The position numbers were made by a program, and so were the translations under genes. From a virus, in the IMG/VR virus record IMGVR_UViG_3300030085_004215, positions 32,001-96,000 of that record: a DNA stretch of 64,000 nt; one strand, given 5' to 3'. Positions 1 through 8,622 of the stretch are shown piece by piece. The notes below the pieces were generated by a model. It saw only the letters and a program-made list of their open reading frames with translations, made no database searches and was not told the origin of the DNA. Numbering within the stretch: the first letter of the stretch is position 1; every line of letters begins with the position of its first letter.

Positions 1-696
1 AGGATGTCTAACAACATCTCCTAAATCAAATCTACAAAAACCACATCCATAAACACCAGTAAATCTCTTAACACTATCCTCCAAACCATTATCCGTTTTG
101 GTTCGTAAATCACTCTGTTGCAAATCTCCACTAACGATATATTTAGAACCCAAGCCAATTCTCGTTAGAAAAGTTTTGATTTGTGATGGTGTAGAGTTTT
201 GTGCCTCATCTAACATTACAATTTTATTCTGTAGTGTTAAACCTCTCATGTATGCAAGTGGAATAACTTTTATTATTCCAGCTTTTCTCAATACATCCAA
301 TCTCTGCTTACCGATTATCTGTTCCATATTATAATATACTGATTGCATAAATGGTTCAGTTTTCTCATCAATATCACCAGGTAAATATCCTATCCTTTCA
401 CCGTCTACCTCAACCATAGGTTTGGTGACAATAATACCGTCAAAGTTAGAATTTTTATCTGCAATACTCTGTAATGCCCAATATGTTGCAACATATGTCT
501 TACCACAACCTGCAGGCCCAACACAAAATGTAATAGTATTGGTATCAATATTATCCCAAAACTTTTGTTGATTTCGTGTTTTTGCTTTAAAATCCCATTT
601 GATTCTTTTCATTTGAGACAGTGCTTGTCGATGGTTTGCACATTCTTGATTACTTACAACCTTTGTAATAGTTTCAACTTTTCGTTTTCTACTCAT
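1..696 (-). CDS. phoH: PhoH-family ATPase (3' end runs off the window)
   Basis: Manual translation from ATG at 696: GPAGCGKT Walker A, PGDIDEK, YMRGLTL, DEAQN; AAGGGG SD upstream. Confidence 0.92.
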   Translation of the reverse strand, partial: MSRKRKVETITKVVSNQECANHRQALSQMKRIKWDFKAKTRNQQKFWDNIDTNTITFCVGPAGCGKTYVATYWALQSIADKNSNFDGIIVTKPMVEVDGERIGYLPGDIDEKTEPFMQSVYYNMEQIIGKQRLDVLRKAGIIKVIPLAYMRGLTLQNKIVMLDEAQNSTPSQIKTFLTRIGLGSKYIVSGDLQQSDLRTKTDNGLEDSVKRFTGVYGCGFCRFDLGDVVRHP

Positions 697-765
697 AATA
701 ACATCCCCTTTGAGTTAATTAGTTGTAAACCTGGGTTCAATTATAAATAGAATATATATTGTTGT

Positions 766-1707
766 TTACTTTATTTTTATACCACCTTTTAATGGATTTC
801 TTATTTTTTTCTCTGAAGTTTTTTCTTCTATTTTCAGCTCACTATCACTATCACGATTTTCGACAATGTCAAGTTTTTTTTCAATTTTTTCTCGTTTTAA
901 TATATTATCTTTTTTCTCACCATATACTTCCCACCACTTTTTTATTTTTTTATTTTTTTTCAAAAAAGGCTTCGAAGCTGCTCCAGTTTTTCCAGAATCT
1001 TCTTTTTCTTTAAGTAACAGTGCTTGGTTAAATGCTATCACCAACATTACAGCCAATGGGTCAAAGACGAATATTAAGACGAATATAAAAAAACTAACTA
1101 CAGTATCCACATCGGTGTTAAAAGTTCTAGCTAAATAAATTGCAGGTCCTACATCAACTCCAGTCTCAACGAGTGCAATTTTTAAATCACCTATCTCTTG
1201 TTTAAGACTCATCATAGTTGTATTAACTTCATTTATTTTAGGTTGATACTCTTCCCTAAGTTTTCTTTTGGCAGTTCTGTAATTATCAGGTAGTTCAGAT
1301 ACTGCGGCTTCTAACTCTTCTTTTAAAAACTTTTTATCCTCTGATAATTGTTTTAATCTATCTTCTTTATATAATAGTGCTGTTGATTCTTTTTCAAAAG
1401 TTACTGTTGCACCTTGATAGGCATTGGATAAATATCCAAATATTCCAGCAGAGGTTATTAATATCAATACCACAGTTGCTATTGATAAATAAACTTTTTG
1501 TAGGTAATTTATTTTATCCCAATATCTGTATAGAAATGCAGCAGTAACCAACTTACCAAATTCTAATGAACCTGCCATGATGATTACTGATAATGTTGCA
1601 CCACTAAATAATTTACTCAATCCAAATACTGAATAAAAACCTGCACTACCAGCAATTAGTAATGCAGCAATCCCCAAAAATATATGAAAATTCTTGGAGC
1701 GTTCCAT
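766..1707 (-). CDS. Multi-TM membrane protein with central coiled coil
   Basis: Three N-terminal hydrophobic helices, coiled coil, further TM (FIFVLIFVFDPLAV); AGGAG SD. Confidence 0.6.
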   Translation of the reverse strand: MERSKNFHIFLGIAALLIAGSAGFYSVFGLSKLFSGATLSVIIMAGSLEFGKLVTAAFLYRYWDKINYLQKVYLSIATVVLILITSAGIFGYLSNAYQGATVTFEKESTALLYKEDRLKQLSEDKKFLKEELEAAVSELPDNYRTAKRKLREEYQPKINEVNTTMMSLKQEIGDLKIALVETGVDVGPAIYLARTFNTDVDTVVSFFIFVLIFVFDPLAVMLVIAFNQALLLKEKEDSGKTGAASKPFLKKNKKIKKWWEVYGEKKDNILKREKIEKKLDIVENRDSDSELKIEEKTSEKKIRNPLKGGIKIK

Positions 1708-1720
1708 AGTTTTCTCCTAT

Positions 1721-1900
1721 TTATTCTTCTTCAAGTTCTATTAGATTTTGTAGGTGTTCTAATTGCTTTTCAACTCCAATTATCATCCTTAACCACTGTT
1801 CAAATCGTGGGTCGGTATCAGTTGGAATACGGTCTTTTAATCTACCTAATTCAGCTTCGATGTAAGACACCCTGTCTAATACTTCATTTTTTCTACGCAT
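1721..1900 (-). CDS. Small hypothetical protein (59 aa, not in ORF track)
   Basis: MRRKNEVLDRVSYIEAELGRL...LIELEEE*; GAGG SD; TATTTATA motif upstream. Confidence 0.7.
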   Translation of the reverse strand: MRRKNEVLDRVSYIEAELGRLKDRIPTDTDPRFEQWLRMIIGVEKQLEHLQNLIELEEE

Positions 1901-1927
1901 AATTAACCTCTATTATTATATAAATAT

Positions 1928-2650
1928 CTAAATTATCTCTAAGTTGTTATAAAATTCATTTTTTATGTATTTTTGTATATGTTCTGCTGCGATTTTATCT
2001 GCCTCTGAACTTGGGTGGTGGTCTAAAACTCCTGTATTTGGTGGGTGTATATCATCTTCAACATACACAGATGGTAGGTCCCAATCGCGACCACAAAAAT
2101 ATTGTTCAGCCATCTTTCTTTGTCTCTCATTAGTAATATCAGTTTCGGTTTTACACATACCCTTTTGACCAGTTAAATTTAAATGTGTATATCTCAAACC
2201 AGAATCTTTCCACCATTGTAACATTCGTTCCTCAAAATCATCAATCCCATGATATTCCATGTTGTAGGGATGTCTGTACGGCCACCCACCTGTAGAATAT
2301 ATAAAGTACACTAAGTTTTGTTGTTCTTCGTAATAACTCGTCAACACACCACAATAGTATTCAAGGAACTCATCTAAGAACTTTGGATTATCTTTAAATG
2401 TTTTATAAAACTCTGTACACCAGTGTTGTGTATTTCTTCTATCTGTTTTTGAGTAGCGGTCATACATAAACTGAATAGACCGAACCATGCCAGGTATCGT
2501 GAATACGGTGATGTCCGCATTTTGCCTTGCCTTAGCAGATTTACTCCAAATCGTCTCAACCCCACCTCCATAATATTTCATCTCACCTAACTTATTGTCT
2601 ATCCATTTTGGAAATGTATTCCAACTATCTCCTATATAATATACTTTCAT
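1928..2650 (-). CDS. Hypothetical protein, possibly SGNH-hydrolase-like
   Basis: N-terminal YYIGDSW and C-terminal DHHP resemble SGNH blocks I and V. Confidence 0.4.
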   Translation of the reverse strand: MKVYYIGDSWNTFPKWIDNKLGEMKYYGGGVETIWSKSAKARQNADITVFTIPGMVRSIQFMYDRYSKTDRRNTQHWCTEFYKTFKDNPKFLDEFLEYYCGVLTSYYEEQQNLVYFIYSTGGWPYRHPYNMEYHGIDDFEERMLQWWKDSGLRYTHLNLTGQKGMCKTETDITNERQRKMAEQYFCGRDWDLPSVYVEDDIHPPNTGVLDHHPSSEADKIAAEHIQKYIKNEFYNNLEII

Positions 2651-2652
2651 GT

Positions 2653-3186
2653 CTATATCATACCTAATTGATGTAAAATATATTCTTTTAATGGTTCTTT
2701 ATTATCTGCTGGAGTATGCACCCATGTCCACGCCATTGTTGTTTTCATAGTTTCTATATTACCTACGATTGCAGTTATTTGTTTTTTAAACTCACTAATC
2801 ATTTTATCATCTAATAATATTTCTGCACCAACCTCATCTGCAATATCCAATAACTTACCTAAATCTTTTTTCTTATTTGCTTCATTTGCTTCTTTAAATT
2901 TTTCATCATCACCACCTTTATCAGGATGTGTTTTTCCAGCAACTTTTCGATACAATTGTTTAAAGGTATCATCCTCAACTTCAGTATCAATTATTAAATT
3001 ATTATCATCCTCTACTTGCTGTGGTGATTCTTTTAATTCTTGTGGATTTTGCATAAACTTACGAAAATCGGTATTGAATTGTTCTACACTTCTTTTATAT
3101 ATTACACGAGTTTCTTCAAGTTCTAATTGTAAAAATCGAAGTTGTTGTCGAATTTTCTTTTGGTGTAACTGTTGCTGGATATCCAT
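2653..3186 (-). CDS. J-domain (DnaJ-like) protein
   Basis: YRKVAGKTHPDKGGDDEKFKEANEA: HPD motif in J-domain context. Confidence 0.75.
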   Translation of the reverse strand: MDIQQQLHQKKIRQQLRFLQLELEETRVIYKRSVEQFNTDFRKFMQNPQELKESPQQVEDDNNLIIDTEVEDDTFKQLYRKVAGKTHPDKGGDDEKFKEANEANKKKDLGKLLDIADEVGAEILLDDKMISEFKKQITAIVGNIETMKTTMAWTWVHTPADNKEPLKEYILHQLGMI

Positions 3187-3372
3187 TTAAATAACTATGG
3201 AATATCTTCGAATTCTGCATCAATTACCTTATAACATATATAATATTTATTGCCCTTTCTTAGGACAGCTTCTGCAAATGAATATTGTTTTTTTAATTCT
3301 TCAATGTTGAAACCACAATCTACATCCACTATCCCAAGAAGAGCAAATAAATCATTCTGTACTTTGATTAAT

Positions 3373-3846
3373 TTAGGAAATCTTGACAGAATGCTTTTTT
3401 GGTTTTTCGGGTTCTATTTTAGGTATATCAATAGAAAGAACACCATCAACAAATGATGCGTTTATATTCTCACCATCAAGTAATTCACCTAATTCAAAAG
3501 AACGCTTGAATGAAGAGTGTTTGAGTTCTCTACGGATGACCTTTGCTTTAACATCATCAAAAAAACCACCCTTGTTACCAGAAATTGTAAGGACACCGTC
3601 CTCAACATCTATTGATAAATCCTTTTTGGATAAACCAGGTATTTCTGCTATAACACCAACCTTATCATCATACTCATATACATTTACTTTTGGATATGCA
3701 GTACCTTGATATGGTTTTACTCCAACTTGTTTTTCAATCTCTGGAAATTGTTGTGAGACCATTTGGTCAAACAATCTATCGAATGGTGTTAGAAAATTAT
3801 CCCTGTCGATTATAGGGAATGGATTACGGACAACTACTTTAGTCAT
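3373..3846 (-). CDS. Small heat-shock protein Hsp20/alpha-crystallin
   Basis: YPKVNVYE, AEIPGLSKKDL, GVLTISG, SFKRSF, ASFVDGVLSIDIPK; AGGAG SD favours start at 3846. Confidence 0.93.
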   Translation of the reverse strand: MTKVVVRNPFPIIDRDNFLTPFDRLFDQMVSQQFPEIEKQVGVKPYQGTAYPKVNVYEYDDKVGVIAEIPGLSKKDLSIDVEDGVLTISGNKGGFFDDVKAKVIRRELKHSSFKRSFELGELLDGENINASFVDGVLSIDIPKIEPEKPKKHSVKIS

Positions 3847-3968
3847 TTTACTTCTCCTGTTTTGTTTACTTTTAGCCAAACTTATATCCTCACTTGAGCG
3901 ATATAATTATTATAGTAATCAATCTCATACGAGCATTGAATTTTTACTACATATATAAATATATGTTG

Positions 3969-4145
3969 TCAAACTTTTATTAAAATTTTTTTTGGTATAT
4001 TCCAAATTCTACCCATGCTATCCTTGACTCGAACCTCACTTACTTTAGATGAATCATCCCAAAAGTTTACTATTTCATCTTTGTATAAAACACCATCAGG
4101 TGTTGGGTAATCTGATAATACTTTATATCTATTCTTCTTCATCCT
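3969..4145 (-). CDS. Small hypothetical protein
   Basis: ORF MRMKKNRYKVLSDYPTPDG..., overlapping the end of the upstream thioredoxin; start uncertain. Confidence 0.5.
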   Translation of the reverse strand, partial: RMKKNRYKVLSDYPTPDGVLYKDEIVNFWDDSSKVSEVRVKDSMGRIWNIPKKILIKV

Positions 4146-4455
4146 CACCCTCAATAGATTCATCTTGAGCAAAATCTTCTTCTTCTAAATCTATTGGATA
4201 GTAAAGTTGAAATTTAGATATTAGCAACTCTGGGTCTTGTACTCCAACCATAGTTTCTAATACTTTACCATCAGAAACTATTTTAATAGTAGGAACACTT
4301 TTTACTCGATAACTCTCAGCAAGTACAGGGTCTTCATCTATATCTTCAATGTAAAGGGGATAACCTAAACTATCTAATTTTTCTATTATGGGCTTAAATG
4401 TTGTACATGGCCCACACCATTTTGCACTAAAATAATAAAACCTAATATCATCCAT
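4129..4455 (-). CDS. Thioredoxin
   Basis: FSAKWCGPC, VKSVPT. Confidence 0.9.
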   Translation of the reverse strand: MDDIRFYYFSAKWCGPCTTFKPIIEKLDSLGYPLYIEDIDEDPVLAESYRVKSVPTIKIVSDGKVLETMVGVQDPELLISKFQLYYPIDLEEEDFAQDESIEGEDEEE

Positions 4456-4528
4456 TATTCACTCCACTCTATATATTTGTAACTTTGTGTAGTAGTTTTG
4501 GTAGCGTAATCTACAACTATTTCATATA

Positions 4529-4777
4529 TCATTTTCCAATAGACTCCAATATTTTACTTCGTGGTTGAGCACCAATAAATCTACTGATTTCATTACCATT
4601 TTCTTCTATTACAGTTGTGGGTACACTACGAACATTATATTGTCTTGCCATATCCTCTTGCGAGTCAATATCTATAAATTCGATATTATGACCCTCTGAT
4701 GATAATTGTTCCATAATTGGTTTATATGATTGACAAGGCCCACACCAAGTTGCACTAAAATATTTTATCGATTTCAT
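4529..4777 (-). CDS. Thioredoxin
   Basis: FSATWCGPC, YNVRSVPT, RFIGAQ. Confidence 0.92.
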   Translation of the reverse strand: MKSIKYFSATWCGPCQSYKPIMEQLSSEGHNIEFIDIDSQEDMARQYNVRSVPTTVIEENGNEISRFIGAQPRSKILESIGK

Positions 4778-4843
4778 CGCTTTTTCCTAAATAGTATAGT
4801 TGGTGGTCCAACTCGTTTTTTCTTATCTAACAAAGATTCCTCT

Positions 4844-5230
4844 TTAACTTCCGAAGATTTTTTTCTTTTCACCGTGGTACTCGTAGGCATGACCATTTTC
4901 CTTAAGCAATTCATTTACGGATTTCTCGTGCCCCTTAACAAATATCTCTCCAAGTACACGACCATATTTACCACGACCATGAGATATAATACTGAACTTA
5001 CCATCGTCTGAATTTTCTAAAAGGTCTTTTACATATTCTTTTGCTGCCAAACCTTTTTTCTTTTCTTCCAAATCTCTTGTTCTACTTTCCCATGTATCAA
5101 CACCATAAAATCTAATTCTTGATTTTACCCATACATCAAAACCTAAATCAATCATAGCATCACAGGTATCACCATCAACAACCCTATCTAACTTACAACT
5201 ATAACCATGTTTTTTTACTTGTTTTCCCAT
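4844..5230 (-). CDS. Thermonuclease (SNase-like)
   Basis: RVVDGDT, RIRFYGVDTWES, GKYGRVLG. Confidence 0.85.
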   Translation of the reverse strand: MGKQVKKHGYSCKLDRVVDGDTCDAMIDLGFDVWVKSRIRFYGVDTWESRTRDLEEKKKGLAAKEYVKDLLENSDDGKFSIISHGRGKYGRVLGEIFVKGHEKSVNELLKENGHAYEYHGEKKKIFGS

Positions 5231-5242
5231 AATATTTTCCTA

Positions 5243-5524
5243 TTAAAGCCTTCTAATTCCAAATTGGTGGCCTATCTTTTTTAGACAGACAGCACTATTA
5301 TTAAATATACCATCGTTAATAGATTCGACAGCATTTTCTAAATCTGCAAAATCAAAAGGGATTTCAAATATCTGGTTATTATATTCATATGTGGTATTTT
5401 TCTTTTTGTAAATCAATTCACATTGTTCGAATACCTCTCTAAAATTTTGATACGCAGCATAGTCTCCAGCAAAACCTGCTACTTTATCTGATAAAATTAA
5501 ATATTTGTTATAATCAATCATCAT
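5243..5524 (-). CDS. Hypothetical protein
   Basis: ORF in tight operon arrangement. Confidence 0.55.
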   Translation of the reverse strand: MMIDYNKYLILSDKVAGFAGDYAAYQNFREVFEQCELIYKKKNTTYEYNNQIFEIPFDFADLENAVESINDGIFNNSAVCLKKIGHQFGIRRL

Positions 5525-5809
5525 TTATTTACCTGCTTCCAATTCACAACTTAGATGGTTAGTTCCACTACCTATATAATCATAATCAACTTCTGAAGTA
5601 TCTTCATCGCAGTATTCACAAATCCATTCGTTTACTATTCCTTCTGCTAAATGATTAGCATGAAAGCGTATACCTGATGAAGTATTTAAATTATCTGATT
5701 TAATATTTTGTTCAATCTCAGATGCTAACTTAGTTCTGAACGCATCAGAACTAATATTAGCTTGTGAATCTTTATGTTTATCAATAGTGTATTTTATTAC
5801 TTTATACAT
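5525..5809 (-). CDS. Hypothetical protein with C-terminal CxxC...HxxC motif
   Basis: WICEYCDEDTSEVDYDYIGSGTNHLSCE. Confidence 0.55.
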   Translation of the reverse strand: MYKVIKYTIDKHKDSQANISSDAFRTKLASEIEQNIKSDNLNTSSGIRFHANHLAEGIVNEWICEYCDEDTSEVDYDYIGSGTNHLSCELEAGK

Positions 5810-5845
5810 AACTAAAAATAAATATCAAGTTCCTTTCTCAAAATG

Positions 5846-5897
5846 TAAAAAAAATGGCGGGATGGAAAAGAAAGGAAAATAAAAAAACCACCCCGCC
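5846..5897 (-). terminator. Intrinsic terminator after AAA ATPase gene, with large pyrimidine loop
   Basis: Minus strand GGCGGGGTGG-loop-CCATCCCGCC followed by ATTTTTTTT. Confidence 0.75.
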
Positions 5898-5906
5898 TGG
5901 TCAACA

Positions 5907-7064
5907 TTAGCTGACCGAATCTGTATCTGCTTCGTTAAACAAATCGTCAGAAGAACCATCAGAAATATATTTCTGAACTAATTGTTTTACAAAAGTTCTC
6001 TCGGAATCAATCCCACCTTCATCAGCAAATTGAGGATAGATACTAACCTCTGCAGCTTCATCAAGTCCAAAACCATCATAAATTAAACCAGTCATTTCAA
6101 CTGATGTTCTTGTAGATACACCATTTGAAACTTTACCAGTATCAGATTTGGATTCCATACGAGTAGTATGAGCAATTTCTGAAACTGCTTTTAGTAAATC
6201 TGGTTCTACATTAGGAAACATATAACTTAGTAAACCTAATTCTTGCTCATCATCAAGAACATCCATCTCAACGATAGTGAATCTATCCATAAGAGCTTTA
6301 TCCATAACACGAGTAGAAGTATACTCGTTACCAATGTTAGCAGTTGCTACAAAGGTAACACCCTCAGCGACTGGGATAGTTTCCTGTCCACTAGCCTCAT
6401 CAAGCCTTAGGTATCTTTGACCTTGGTCAAGAACTGTCATCAAAATATTCCAAGCATCTGGATGAGCTCTTGATAACTCATCAAGAAGAATCACAGCGTT
6501 AGGTGTTTGAATAGCCTTTACAAAAAGTGATTCTGAAAAGTAAGTACCTTTCTTCTTATCAAAGTGAACATTACCAATCAAGGTAGCTCTTGGGTCTTGA
6601 GTAGAACCCATATTGAAATAAAAGTCAGGCCTATCAAGAGAATTAACCAATGATTTAGAAGCCATGGTTTTACCACAACCAGCCGGGCCAGTCATCAAAA
6701 TATTCTTACCACGAACAGCAGAACGGATAAGGTACTTCCACTTAAGTTCACTCATAACCAAACCTTTAGGTTTTAGGTTATATGAAGAGTGAATAAAATT
6801 TAAGATTTCAGCGTGTTCACTTGGAACCTCAACTGAAGATAAATCAATTGTAGGAGCCGAAGTTTTTTCGAACTCACTCATTGGTACAACCCACCAATAG
6901 GTTTTACCAGATTTATTAACTCTCTGTTCAAGAGCCATACCCTTTTCAAAAGCTCGTTTACGAGCTGATATTGAAATTGATGAGGTATGTTTGTTTCCAT
7001 CGGCATCCCATGCGTTGAAACGATTACCAGATTTTTCTACTTTTACGATTAGTGATTTATTCAT
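5907..7064 (-). CDS. MoxR/CbbQ/NirQ-type AAA+ ATPase
   Basis: GPAGCGKT Walker A, LLDELSRA Walker B, ATANIG, DKALMDRF, STR sensor. Confidence 0.88.
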   Translation of the reverse strand: MNKSLIVKVEKSGNRFNAWDADGNKHTSSISISARKRAFEKGMALEQRVNKSGKTYWWVVPMSEFEKTSAPTIDLSSVEVPSEHAEILNFIHSSYNLKPKGLVMSELKWKYLIRSAVRGKNILMTGPAGCGKTMASKSLVNSLDRPDFYFNMGSTQDPRATLIGNVHFDKKKGTYFSESLFVKAIQTPNAVILLDELSRAHPDAWNILMTVLDQGQRYLRLDEASGQETIPVAEGVTFVATANIGNEYTSTRVMDKALMDRFTIVEMDVLDDEQELGLLSYMFPNVEPDLLKAVSEIAHTTRMESKSDTGKVSNGVSTRTSVEMTGLIYDGFGLDEAAEVSIYPQFADEGGIDSERTFVKQLVQKYISDGSSDDLFNEADTDSVS

Positions 7065-7113
7065 ATTTATTTTCCTTTTGTTTTCTTTATTTTTTCTTTA
7101 TTTTCGATACCTT

Positions 7114-7143
7114 AATATAAGGCTTTTTGCCTATACGAGTCAA
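7114..7143 (-). promoter_or_regulatory. Early sigma70-type promoter (copy 1 of 13)
   Basis: TTGACT-N18-TATATT with A-rich UP element, upstream of AAA gene. Confidence 0.8.
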
Positions 7144-7273
7144 GTGTTTTTTTCACTTTTTTTAAATTATTTTTAAACATTAACTAATACCATCCAAAAA
7201 TAAAATGTAGCAAATATTAAACTACAAGTTAAAAACTCTGCTATTCTATAACCAATTAATTTCCAATTCATAA

Positions 7274-7459
7274 TTATTTTTCCTCTATTGTTAATTCTGA
7301 GTTTTCTAAAGTATCTTTTAAAGAGTATAAACTATCTAATGCAGAATCTATTGATACACGAGCATCTGAATTTGCGTTGTACTCTGGCATCTGAATGATA
7401 GCATCATCGAGTTCTGCTTCAATTATTTCTAATTCTACTAATATTTCTTTTTTAGTCAT
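7274..7459 (-). CDS. Small acidic hypothetical protein
   Basis: AAGGAG SD, TAATG coupling to upstream ORF. Confidence 0.65.
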   Translation of the reverse strand: MTKKEILVELEIIEAELDDAIIQMPEYNANSDARVSIDSALDSLYSLKDTLENSELTIEEK

Positions 7460-7584
7460 TACTTTTTCTCCTTATTTGGGTAAACTATTTTATCCATTTC
7501 AGCAAAAAATTCATCCATATCTTTTTGTATTTCTTCAAAAATTGTTTTCACTTTCAAATCCTTTATTTTTTTCTCATTTTTCAT
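7459..7584 (-). CDS. Small hypothetical protein (up to 41 aa)
   Basis: MKNEKKIKDLKVKTIFEEIQKDMDEFFAEMDK...; directly behind promoter copy 2; start may be the GTG after AAGGA. Confidence 0.55.
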   Translation of the reverse strand: MKNEKKIKDLKVKTIFEEIQKDMDEFFAEMDKIVYPNKEKK

Positions 7585-7589
7585 ACCTT

Positions 7590-7619
7590 AATATACGGCT
7601 TTTTTACTATATAAGTCAA
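7590..7619 (-). promoter_or_regulatory. Early promoter (copy 2)
   Basis: TTGACT-N18-TATATT. Confidence 0.8.
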
Positions 7620-8335
7620 GTGTTTTTTTCATTTTTTTTAAAAAAAGTCGTAAAATTAGGCCCATAATCGTGGTTATTACCATATTTTTTCTTAAAATAT
7701 TGAGTATAATACTCCCTTACACCTGGTCTACCATCAATAGATAAATCAAAATCCCTACCTACATAATCAGCTAATATCTTATAATTACCTGTCGTTCCCA
7801 TTGTATCTGTTTTCCAAGAAGTGGTCAACATCACACCATCAGGCCCATCAAAGAATTTTCCTGGCCCATCTATGATAACTAAATCTACATTCTTGTGTTT
7901 TTCTAAATCATGTTTATATATAACTGAATTCCAATCAGGTTCTGTTTTATCATCAGTATAACATTCTACATATTCCATACAATTATCTGGGTCAAATCCA
8001 AGTTCTTTCAATCTATCATAATATACTTTAATATTTTCATAAGAGTAGTATTCAAAATTCCAATCTACTGTATGCTTAATCTTATGAAGTAACAATGTAG
8101 TAAATCCCGCACCATACTCAATAACATGCTGTAGTTTTTGTTCTAAAATTTTCTTAACTTGTGAATGATAAAACTTAAAATGTGCACCGACTGGATTTGG
8201 GCCATGATAATCTAAATGACCATATTGTTCATGTATATCCAACATATATTGACAGTATAGTGGATATTCTGACATGAATAACTCCGTGCCACCACTTTTA
8301 TTATTTTCCGTTTCTCTATATTCTTTTATATTCAT
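7616..8335 (-). CDS. Class I SAM-dependent methyltransferase-like protein
   Basis: VIEYGAGFTT, SYEN, DLVIIDGP. Confidence 0.6.
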   Translation of the reverse strand: MNIKEYRETENNKSGGTELFMSEYPLYCQYMLDIHEQYGHLDYHGPNPVGAHFKFYHSQVKKILEQKLQHVIEYGAGFTTLLLHKIKHTVDWNFEYYSYENIKVYYDRLKELGFDPDNCMEYVECYTDDKTEPDWNSVIYKHDLEKHKNVDLVIIDGPGKFFDGPDGVMLTTSWKTDTMGTTGNYKILADYVGRDFDLSIDGRPGVREYYTQYFKKKYGNNHDYGPNFTTFFKKNEKNT

Positions 8336-8345
8336 TTTTTAGGAG

Positions 8346-8418
8346 TGGAGCTGACAGGGTTCGAACCTGCGACCCCCACAGTGCAAGTGTGGTGCTCTCC
8401 CAACTGAGCTACAGCCCC
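8346..8418 (-). tRNA. tRNA-Ala(TGC)
   Basis: Full cloverleaf GGGGCTG...CCACA-CTTGCAC-TGTGG...GGTTCGAACC...CAGCTCCA; G3:U70 Ala identity pair; CCA not encoded. Confidence 0.97.
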
Positions 8419-8436
8419 ATGTTATTATATATTTAA

Positions 8437-8622
8437 TTAATTACTTTTCTGCCACCAATGAAGTTTACCTTTGTCATCTTCAAAGCATTCCCAATCACAA
8501 TATACCCAAACACATTTCCAAGAATAAATAATATATTGGTTTTCATCTTTTGGTTTCATACTCCAGCCACAAGGACAGACTGGAGTATTTCCGAACCATT
8601 TTTTTAATAACCACTTTATCAC
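8437..8622 (-). CDS. Small Cys/Trp-rich protein (possible zinc ribbon)
   Basis: CPCG...WKCVWVYC; GTGA overlap with vWA stop. Confidence 0.5.
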   Translation of the reverse strand: MIKWLLKKWFGNTPVCPCGWSMKPKDENQYIIYSWKCVWVYCDWECFEDDKGKLHWWQKSN

